A stretch of 64,000 nt of DNA, taken from an uncultured Ignavibacteria bacterium. Its GTDB lineage: Bacteria; Bacteroidota; Ignavibacteria; UBA10030; UBA6906. How positions within the stretch are numbered: position 1 is the first letter of the stretch; each line of letters opens with the position of its first letter. This document shows positions 32,001 to 38,851 of this stretch, in pieces. The stretch covers positions 35,173 through 99,172 of the forward strand of contig CAWABB010000007.1 in assembly GCA_963780165.1 (NCBI GenBank), given 5' to 3'. Below the pieces are notes generated by a model, which was not told the origin of the DNA, made no database searches, and worked only from the letters and a program-made list of their open reading frames with translations. Made by a program: the position numbers and the translations under genes.

Positions 32001-33153
32001 TATTACGCTCCAGTCCATCGGGCAGAACATGCAGCTCTACCAGTCCGGCCTCAAGCTGGAGCCTGGTGAGCTGTACCGGCTGACGTTCACCGCGAAGTCG
32101 TCGAAGGGACATAACCTTGCCGTCTACCTTCACAAGAACAACTCTCCGTACACACCATACGGACTCACCAAGGCGGTGTTCGATCTGACGACGGAGTGGA
32201 AGACGTTCTCGATCGAATTCCGTACGACCGGGTTTGCGAGTCCAGTCAGTGACGGGCGGATTCGGTTCTGGTTCGTAGGGTATGCATCAGCCGCGGATCA
32301 GTACTACATTGACGACGTGATTCTGCAGAAGACGGGGGAGCAACCTCCGCCTCCAGGGCTCGTCGATGCAATCATCAACCCGGGGTTTGAGACCGGGCTG
32401 CCTCCGTGGACCTTCTATACGAACGGTGGCGGAACATGCATTTCGAACTCTCCCGGCCCTGAAAGCCCGCGGTCGGCACATATCACGATCACGAAAGCTG
32501 GATCGAATGTCCAGCTGTATCAAACAGGACTCAAGCTGTATGCCGGAGCGCGCTATCGGCTGACTTTCAGCGCATACGCCAGCACAGGGCATGATCTCTC
32601 CGTCTACCTGCAAAAGGAGATATCTCCGTACACGGCGTACGGGATCTCACGGGTGAAGTTTGACCTCGAGAATGCCTGGAAGACCTTCACGTGGGAATTC
32701 ACAACATCGGGCTTCACAGGCAGCGCGAATGATGGGATGTTGCGAATCTGGCTTGCTCCATACGCGGTGTCGGGGGATGTGTACGGCGTTGACAACGTAC
32801 ACCTCGAGCAGCTCCCGAGCACGCTGGCAGAACGGGCTGCTGGGAATCTCGTGAAAGCATCAGAGTTCGTACCGGTTGAGACGCGGCTGAGCACGAATTT
32901 CCCGAACCCGTTCAACCCGTCAACGACCATCGAGTTCTCCATGGCCACGGCGGGTGAAGTGCATCTCGAGGTGTTCAACACGCTCGGGGAAAGGGTTGCG
33001 ACATTGGCCTCTGGATGGTATGACGCCGGCCAACATATGCTCACGTGGCATGCCACCAGTGACCGCGGCGCGCCGTTGCCTTCGGGGGTGTACTTTGCAC
33101 GTATGCAGGCCGGGGACTACTTCGCGACTCAGAGGATGCTGTTGCTGAAGTAG
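29059..33153 (+). CDS. Secreted multidomain protein (CBM20-like, PPC-like, FN3-like, BNR/YCF48-like propeller, 2 CBM4/9-like, T9SS/FlgD tail)
   Basis: Signal peptide ending VLAQ; VEFRVDM, ETEPN..DVDYY, repeated S/T-T-D-G-G, NGGFESG and NPGFETG, NFPNPFNP. Confidence 0.88.
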   Translation: MQHFKWLPWAGLLLLLIFTSGAPVLAQGDVEFRVDMRVMMEHDFFRPQDGDNVYLTGNFSGWNGDFIPDRQLSDPDGDSVYSITLGLPAMDLEYKFYKSPRGGLMWELNPNPSNPPWGNRQYTIVAGTQILPVVFFDNYNAYNDLVPINVTFRVEMGPYIAIGMFNPTTDQVKVPLWFPEPLTPSGTIYSITAKVPRGISGSYKYQISTPGAANNGWEAWVGEERQYGNRLVSFGMTDETLPLVYFNNYNPNDGLTTETEPNGKPGQSNTIVMGETLTGEISAVEDVDYYILFAKEGDTIRVKPMVDQSSPLDYRMTLHGRDGGGYASAYPPYGMTLVVPYTDVYYIRFSTAYNGDWFPTGAVAPHSGGGAMGQPQVIAFPGKTPTRLTNLELPGTVQGFPTDNETVRRKSDPRGRETQARAQGPTGSYSISLTEFVPGPPIINYGWVWDIVFNSGRFYFEMDPNGLETTLEVEWGTTIGYGEVFDPKGNTLDGVGMRGYYTDELMNLQPSTEYHFRLRARNALGEAVSGDQGFSTPPEPTLWAHQETPAQSMADYLGGSWGIAARDQNVYLAAGAYRVFRTTDGGSTWVDKSSEIDGWIDGRAIAFASSSVACIVGYGWIQRSTDAGDTWTRATVASSPYREVYDVSFPVPGVGIGVGYDGVILRSTDEGASWQEVQLGAPYALRGLAMIDALNGIAVGDYYGGGGVVIRTSDGGVSWTPSTAPSSTVLYDVQWISPSVLVMAGLEGTYNSPAIFATTDGGATWESSNIPGEAIACVDAKNWIAVGWGGQIHRTTDGGKNWVRDESGTNNALFDVIHVSGRFLAVGEWGTIMKSIRLIEGPIATTGEPTEVTENAAKLNGTVNPSGTITTYYFEYGPTDALGSKSDETILSPGTADVPVSFLLEGLEPGRTYFYRLTAKNVSGTSRGNILQFKTISDGLAPPVTINGGFESGLDPWVFHTDAEGSVSSRTPGPSSPRCAHITLQSIGQNMQLYQSGLKLEPGELYRLTFTAKSSKGHNLAVYLHKNNSPYTPYGLTKAVFDLTTEWKTFSIEFRTTGFASPVSDGRIRFWFVGYASAADQYYIDDVILQKTGEQPPPPGLVDAIINPGFETGLPPWTFYTNGGGTCISNSPGPESPRSAHITITKAGSNVQLYQTGLKLYAGARYRLTFSAYASTGHDLSVYLQKEISPYTAYGISRVKFDLENAWKTFTWEFTTSGFTGSANDGMLRIWLAPYAVSGDVYGVDNVHLEQLPSTLAERAAGNLVKASEFVPVETRLSTNFPNPFNPSTTIEFSMATAGEVHLEVFNTLGERVATLASGWYDAGQHMLTWHATSDRGAPLPSGVYFARMQAGDYFATQRMLLLK

Positions 33154-33175
33154 TAGTCTGTCCTTCGAGCAACAT

Positions 33176-33209
33176 CACAAGGCCCGGGCACCAAAGCCCG
33201 GGCCTTGTG
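33176..33209 (+). terminator. Hairpin with a 14-bp stem after the giant secreted gene
   Basis: cacaaggcccgggc-accaaa-gcccgggccttgtg. Confidence 0.65.
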
Positions 33210-33626
33210 CTTACACCTGGCTCGACTCGGCAGAACCTTGAGGGCCACCGGGTTCCGACCTCGTTTCCATGAGGGGAACAGGAGTGACAAGCTCTTGTCC
33301 AAGTAAGCTGCGCAACGAGGAGGGTCTCCGGCAGCGGGGCAGTAGTCTGGTTTACTTCTCTCTTCCTAAGTAGTACATTCGATCCACAATTCCTCTGCCA
33401 TCCGTCTGCTGCTAACGCGAGCCTCACGAGGGGCAGAGAATACCCTCAATGCACTTCGCATTTTGCCGATTCTGCGCAGGAAAGCGATTCCCTAAGCCGT
33501 CCCTTGACCTGACCACGTTGCTACCCGCGCTGTTTCCAGTCGGCGGTCATCCACCAGTACTTGGTCCTCCCTAGCCGCGGCCGAAACGTGGTGCCCTCCA
33601 TCGATGGAGCCTCACCTGTCACAAGT

Positions 33627-33666
33627 TGGGCAATCACTTGCCCACCGGTGGGCAATCACTTGCCCA
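33627..33666. promoter_or_regulatory. Tandem palindromic operator, probable enhancer-protein binding site (UAS)
   Basis: TGGGCAA-tcac-TTGCCCA identical at 33627-33644 and 33649-33666, 22-bp period. Confidence 0.65.
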
Positions 33667-33717
33667 ACTCGAATCAGCAAGCCCTCGATTCCGTTAAGAT
33701 TTGGAGAATTCCTATTC

Positions 33718-33733
33718 TGGCACGAGGTCTGCA
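33718..33733 (+). promoter_or_regulatory. Sigma54 -24/-12 promoter
   Basis: TGGCACGAGGTCTGCA with correct GG-N10-GC spacing, upstream of ATG 33780. Confidence 0.65.
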
Positions 33734-33779
33734 TTGCTGGGGGCATACGATTCGATACCCTACACCATGGAGCCCCCAC

Positions 33780-34028
33780 ATGGTACGCGCCCTCGCAGGG
33801 AAGGAATTCCGTGAAGCGGTCAGGAGTGTGCGCTTCCTGGCCGTCGCTCTGACCTCCTGCCTCCTCATCCCGCTCACGGTTTTCGTCAATACCCGTGCCT
33901 ACGAGCAGAGGTTGGTTTACCACGAGGAGCTGGTCGGCCTCTGGAGGACGCAGGCCCAGACGGCCGGCCTCCGCGCGGACCTGAGCGTCGAAGGGTTCCG
34001 GCGCCCGTCGGTGCGTTATACACCGTAG
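33780..34028 (+). pseudogene. N-terminal fragment of an ABC-2 type permease-like protein
   Basis: MVRALAGKEFREAVRSVRF + one TM helix + YEQR..RRPS, then stops at 82 aa. Confidence 0.55.
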
Positions 34029-34046
34029 CCCCTGGGTTTTCCGAAC

Positions 34047-34301
34047 ATGGCCTCTGGTGCTGTTCGAAGGTCTCGCTTCACATCACTCGCGATTGCCATT
34101 CTGCTCACACCGGCGACCGCCGCGCAGACGATGGACCTGATCATTGAAGTCGTGGCCTCAGCCCCGTTTCTGAAACGCTCGAGCCTCCGCGAGTTTGCGC
34201 TCCTGCTGATCGCGGACATCTACGACAGGCACTACGACCTGCTCGAAGCCCGCGGCCTGGTTGACCGGGTCGAGCAGGCCTACCTCAAACTCAAACGATA
34301 G
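34047..34301 (+). CDS. Small hypothetical protein or gene remnant
   Basis: Helical, coding-like C-terminal half (from ATG 34131); ends 9 bp before the next gene. Confidence 0.4.
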   Translation: MASGAVRRSRFTSLAIAILLTPATAAQTMDLIIEVVASAPFLKRSSLREFALLLIADIYDRHYDLLEARGLVDRVEQAYLKLKR

Positions 34302-34310
34302 AGGCACCCC

Positions 34311-35396
34311 ATGAAGTGGTTCCAACACGAATGCATGGCGAAGTACGACCTGAGGTTGCGCGCCCTGGGCGAGGAGTGCGGGGCCGAAGGCATAGGTATC
34401 TACTGGATGCTGCTCGAAGAGCTCGGGCAGAACTCCGAGACGTTCCACCTCAAGATCGCCGGTGTGTCGCCTGAATCGGACCGCGCGTTCGCTGAAGCGA
34501 TTCGCGGCGATGGCGGGACCGCCGCTTCCGGGAGTTGTCCGGTGGATGGCTGCGTGCCCCGGATCCAGCTGAAGAGTCTCGCGGTACTGCTGCATACCAC
34601 GGAGCGGAAACTCCTGCGCGCCATTCAGACATCGGTGGAAGCGGGTCTCTTTCACGAGGGGAAGTGGCTCGCGTACGGCCTGCTCTACAGCGCCGCGTTC
34701 GAACGGCGCGCCGACAACTATACGCGTCGACGCCGGCGCAGTGAGGAGAGTGTACGTACAATGTCCGAATACGGTTCGACGCGCTCCGAATACGATGCGC
34801 AGCCAGTTCCGTCACACGACGCAGCGACGCAGCAACATGTTCACCCAGAAGAGATACAGAAACAGAAAGAGACAGAGAAGCAGAGTAAGAACCAGAATGA
34901 GATCAGTGAGAGAGAGATAAAGCTTTGTAGCGTCCCGACCGGTTTCAACTTATCCACCGGTCACCCACACCCTGCACAGAACGCACACGAGGATGAAGCG
35001 GTACTCGTGCCCTCCGCGGGTTACTTCATGGATGTATGCACCGAGTTCAGGGAAGCGATCAGGGAATGGAATCAGCTGGAGCGGTCGTCCATCAACTGGG
35101 TTCCGAGCCACGGCGAGATGAAAAAGCTCTTTTACGGCGGGGACAGGCGCCACAAGCTCTGGCTCTGCAGACAGGCCGCGGGCTTCACCGGGGGAAGACC
35201 GGACTTCCCGGCGGTGGTGCTCCGGGCTCTGGGCCTCCTTCTCGAAGCCAGCACCAATCGGCGGATCGACAATCCCTTCGGGTGGGTGTGGAGCTGCATT
35301 CACGGCACGCCCGAAGGGATGCCGCCCTGGGTCCACCTCCGGACGGCCGCGGAGGAGGCGGGGAGAACCGGCCCAACGCGATCGCCGCCGTGCTGA
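34311..35396 (+). CDS. DUF4373/Lin1244-like phage replication-initiator-type protein
   Basis: MKWFQHE..DLRLRAL..GAEGIGIYWMLLEEL N-terminus; central charged linker EEIQKQKETEKQ. Confidence 0.6.
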   Translation: MKWFQHECMAKYDLRLRALGEECGAEGIGIYWMLLEELGQNSETFHLKIAGVSPESDRAFAEAIRGDGGTAASGSCPVDGCVPRIQLKSLAVLLHTTERKLLRAIQTSVEAGLFHEGKWLAYGLLYSAAFERRADNYTRRRRRSEESVRTMSEYGSTRSEYDAQPVPSHDAATQQHVHPEEIQKQKETEKQSKNQNEISEREIKLCSVPTGFNLSTGHPHPAQNAHEDEAVLVPSAGYFMDVCTEFREAIREWNQLERSSINWVPSHGEMKKLFYGGDRRHKLWLCRQAAGFTGGRPDFPAVVLRALGLLLEASTNRRIDNPFGWVWSCIHGTPEGMPPWVHLRTAAEEAGRTGPTRSPPC

Positions 35397-35408
35397 GGAA
35401 GCACGAGG

Positions 35409-35562
35409 CGATTCGTGCCGGATGGTTAGACCCGCTGGATGCGAACGTCAGGGTTCGACCTGCAGGTTGCGCACCGATGGATTTCACCGGGTGGATGCGA
35501 CCCGCTGGGTTCGTCCCCTTGGATTCGAGCCATTGGGTTCGACCCGTTGGATTAGAGCCGGA
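35409..35562 (+). repeat. Degenerate tandem array of 11 x 14 bp, consensus about GGRTTCGACCCGNT
   Basis: Units such as ggatgcgacccgct, gggttcgtcccctt, ggattcgagccatt and gggttcgacccgtt in exact 14-bp register. Confidence 0.8.
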
Positions 35563-35628
35563 AGTGCATCAAGACCTGCGCGATCGAAGGGCGGACATGA
35601 ACACCTCACAACCAGGACAAGGGACCAG

Positions 35629-36120
35629 ATGTTTACGCGATCGTTTGCCGCATCGGTGGCCTCAGAGTTTGTTGGCGAACTTTCAGCCTGCTGCCGCCGG
35701 GTCGAAATCGCCAGATCCATCCGCCGCGAGAAGCCGGATGTGAACAACATCGACATCATCGCGATCCCTATGGTCGTGCAGGTGCAGGACCTCGACGGGA
35801 AACACGGCTTGCTCCAGGAGAACCTCCTCGAAGCCCGGCTCAAGCAGCTCTATGCCCGCGGATGGTTCACCGTGCACTTGAACGGGCCGCAGGTCAAACG
35901 CCTCACCAGGCTAGCCGACCGGGCATCCGTCCCCGTCACGATCCGCATCGCGGAGGACGGGTCGGTTCGCACGCTGGGCGTCGAGTACGAATCCGATTTT
36001 GCCGCCGATAGGGTTGTCGCCTCGCGCGGAGATGTGGTGGTCCTCCGAGGAACGCTCACCGTCCGGCAGGCCGTCCAAGAAGTCGCTATCATGTTGACTT
36101 CTAAGACGCGCCCCTTCGAT
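35629..36120 (+). pseudogene. Degenerate PolX-like nucleotidyltransferase fragment (3' end uncertain)
   Basis: RVEIARSIRREKPDVNNIDIIAIP versus PolX AGSxRR..DIDI; frame runs into the convergent gene without its own stop. Confidence 0.5.
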
Positions 36121-36140
36121 CCTGCGGTCTGTGACTTGCT

Positions 36141-36657
36141 CTACTTCTTCTTTTTCTTGTCCGGTTCGGGCGTCTTCGGCGGCTCGGGCATCGGCGGCGG
36201 CCTGTTGGTGTTCCAGGTCTCTACCTTGATCCGCCACTTGCCGTCCTTGCCAAGCTCGTATACTGTGAGGTACTTGCCCTGGTCCGTCCATCGACGGCAT
36301 GCCCGCCATCTCCATCGTCATGGTGTATGTGCCGACCTCGTACGCATAGGGGAGCCCGACCTGCACGTCGATCGTGACGAAGTCGACCTTGCTGAACTTC
36401 ATCCCCATGCCCATCATCTGCTGATAGTATGCCTTGATGGCCGGCTTGCCCTTCTGCAAAGGCTCGTTATTTGGCATCGAAACCGCATCATCTGTGTAGT
36501 TTGCCAGGGTGGTGTCAAACACACCGGCCATCATGTCCTTCGCAGACTTGGCCGTCATGGCTTCAATGGTCTTCCGGACCGCCGCGACATCGGGTGGGGG
36601 AGGGGCACACGAGACAAGAAGCACACACCCCAACAACAGCAAAAGTGCAGTCTTCAT
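36141..36657 (-). CDS. NTF2/SnoaL-like (DUF4440/YybH) lipoprotein, one frameshift near 36287
   Basis: Lipobox LVSC; YTDDAVSMP, AYEVGTY; after the shift DQGKYLTVYE..GKWRIKVETWN..KKKKK stop. Confidence 0.8.
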
Positions 36658-36711
36658 CGAGAGCTCCGGTATTGTGGTTGAATGGGTGGAAAGTGCGGCA
36701 GAAACTGGCCT

Positions 36712-36740
36712 AACGTACACAAGGGACCGGGCAGTGTCAA
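36712..36740 (-). promoter_or_regulatory. Sigma70-type promoter for the lipoprotein gene
   Basis: TTGACA-N17-TACGTT on the minus strand. Confidence 0.55.
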
Positions 36741-36898
36741 GGCGCAAGGGACAATTGACCGCTGTCACACCTTCCGGGCAGCCGGGGTCTTATCTTTTGG
36801 GATATCCCGCCTGTGAAGCGGATTGACCGATCGGTCATCGCCAGGCCTGGGCAGCAGCGGAATGCCCTCCGGACGGCTCCATTTTGGGCATTTTTTCC

Positions 36899-36927
36899 TT
36901 GACAAAGCCTCTTGATTTCACTAGGTT
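36899..36927 (+). promoter_or_regulatory. Sigma70-type promoter
   Basis: TTGACA-N17-TAGGTT upstream of ATG 36960. Confidence 0.55.
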
Positions 36928-36959
36928 AGTTCGTCTTCATCCACCTCGCCCCGAGTTTG

Positions 36960-37346
36960 ATGCGCTATCTTCTTCTGGCAGTAGCAGCTGTGGCTCTTAC
37001 GACTATCGCCCTCGCCGCGACGATCAAGGATATCCGCGGTTGGAGCGACGGCCGTGTCGTCACGATCGAGTGGTACGCTGACGACGAGACGGGCTGCAGA
37101 GGGTACATCGTGATGCGTCGGTCCGGCATCAACGGATCGTTTACGACCATCACGCAGAACCCGATGGCGCTGGAAGAAGACAAGCACTACGTCTTCACCG
37201 ACGAAACCGCGTTCCGCACCAGCGACAGCTTCTATCAGTACCGCATCGTTCCTGTCGGCAAGGCGGAAACGTACGACGTGTCCGTCACACATAGCACCAG
37301 CGGCGTCAGGAGAACCTGGGGAAGCATCAAGGCGATGTTCCGCTAA
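36960..37346 (+). CDS. Small secreted FN3-like protein with C-terminal TWGSIKAMFR
   Basis: Signal peptide, VTIEW..GYIVMRR..YVFTD..YQYRI, has its own promoter and terminator. Confidence 0.8.
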   Translation: MRYLLLAVAAVALTTIALAATIKDIRGWSDGRVVTIEWYADDETGCRGYIVMRRSGINGSFTTITQNPMALEEDKHYVFTDETAFRTSDSFYQYRIVPVGKAETYDVSVTHSTSGVRRTWGSIKAMFR

Positions 37347-37377
37347 TCCATATGCTCCATCCGCTCCCGACCGTGAC

Positions 37378-37410
37378 GGCGATACGAAAGTGTCGCCTAT
37401 TTTTTTATTT
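37378..37410 (+). terminator. Rho-independent terminator
   Basis: ggcgatac-gaaa-gtgtcgcc followed by a T-run. Confidence 0.8.
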
Positions 37411-37443
37411 GACCGGATGTTCTCAGTCCGGTGAGACGCCCCG

Positions 37444-38042
37444 ATGCGCCTGATCAAACCGCTCATCCTGGCATCCCGCTCCCCGAGGCGCATCGCTCTG
37501 CTCCGTCAGATCGGCTTCGATCCGGAAGTCGTCCCGTGTGACGTCGAAGAGACGTTCGACCATAACCTCTCTCCCGATGATAACGCCATCCGGCTGGCAC
37601 TCGACAAGGCGCGGTGCACCGCCCGCATGCGCGAGAACGCGCTCGTCATCGGCGCGGATACGATCGTCGTGCTCAACGGCACTCTCCTCGGCAAGCCGAC
37701 CGACCCGCGGACGCGCATCGAATGCTCCGGCTGCTGAGCGGCAGAACCCATACGGTCCATACGGCGTTCGCACTCGTGGACCGACCGAGCGACCTCTCGG
37801 AAGTGGGAGTCGAATCCACGCGCGTGACGTTCCGCGATCTGCCCGACCCGGAGATCGAAGAGTACGTACGAGGCGGATCGCCGATGGATAAGGCCGGCGC
37901 CTACGGCATCCAGGACGACTACGGAGCCGTGTTCGTGAGCCGCATCGAAGGCTGCTACTATACGGTCGTCGGGTTCCCGCTCTCGCTATTCTATACTACG
38001 CTGTCCGACTTTCAACATAGACTGAAGGTGTCCCATGGATAA
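37444..38042 (+). CDS. maf: Maf family nucleotide pyrophosphatase, frameshift near 37710
   Basis: [21 protein letters not shown] in one frame; [20 protein letters not shown] in the next. Confidence 0.88.
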
Positions 38043-38433
38043 GAAGATCCGCGTGCTCGTCGCAAAGGTGGGGCTGGACGGACACGACCGCGGCGCAAAA
38101 GTCGTCGCCGCCGCACTGCGCGACGCCGGCATGGAAGTGATCTACTCGGGCCTGCGCAAGACGCCGGAGATGATCGTCGAGGCCGCGCTGCAGGAGGACG
38201 TGGACGCGATCGGCGTCAGCATCCTGAGCGGCGCGCATATGACGATCTTCCCGCGCATCCTCTCGCTCATGAAAGATCGCGGACTGGATGACGTTCTGCT
38301 CTTCGGCGGCGGGATCATCCCGGAGAAAGACATCGTTGAGCTGAAGAAGATCGGGGTGGGAGACCTGTTTACGCCAGGGGCGCCGACGGGGAAGATCGTG
38401 GAGTATATCAAGGGGCGCGTCAGGACGAACTGA
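38035..38433 (+). CDS. Methylmalonyl-CoA mutase-type cobalamin-binding subunit
   Basis: [31 protein letters not shown]. Confidence 0.93.
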   Translation: MDKKIRVLVAKVGLDGHDRGAKVVAAALRDAGMEVIYSGLRKTPEMIVEAALQEDVDAIGVSILSGAHMTIFPRILSLMKDRGLDDVLLFGGGIIPEKDIVELKKIGVGDLFTPGAPTGKIVEYIKGRVRTN

Positions 38434-38528
38434 AGCCGCGGAAGTCAGCGCGAATCGAAGATCGGGAATCGAGCGTCTGCGTTGTCAATTGTGGATCGTA
38501 GACGACTCCACGATTGTCGATCGGTCCT

Positions 38529-38560
38529 AAAACAAAACAACCCCCCATATGGAGGGTTGT
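38529..38560 (-). terminator. Rho-independent terminator of the cold-shock gene
   Basis: acaaccctcc-atat-ggggggttgt followed by tttgtttt on the minus strand. Confidence 0.7.
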
Positions 38561-38585
38561 ACCGTGCGCACACGAAGTGGTGATT

Positions 38586-38789
38586 CTAGGAGACGTGGGA
38601 AACGTTCACTGCCTGCAACCCCTTCTGTCCCTCCTCCACGTCAAACTGCACCTGCTCGCCCTGCTTCAACGTCTTGTATCCATCTCCTGCAATTGATTTG
38701 AAGTGGACGAAGAGGTCCTCGCCGTTCTCACGGGTGATGAACCCGTAACCCTTGGCGTTGTTGAACCACTTCACGGTCCCCTTTTCCAT
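38586..38789 (-). CDS. csp: Cold-shock protein
   Basis: GTVKWFN, KGYGFI, LFVHF. Confidence 0.95.
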   Translation of the reverse strand: MEKGTVKWFNNAKGYGFITRENGEDLFVHFKSIAGDGYKTLKQGEQVQFDVEEGQKGLQAVNVSHVS

Positions 38790-38851
38790 AAAACACCTCG
38801 CTTAAGGGTGAACGATGGGGGAAGACTAGTAAACCCATTCACCAAAAGCAA

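Noticed and set aside
35409-35562. 14-bp array as a CRISPR array or tRNA fragments
   Set aside because: No spacers, units too short and degenerate, no cas genes, no cloverleaf
35422-36681. 419-aa plus-strand ORF as one real protein
   Set aside because: It fuses the repeat array, the PolX fragment and the antisense of the lipoprotein gene
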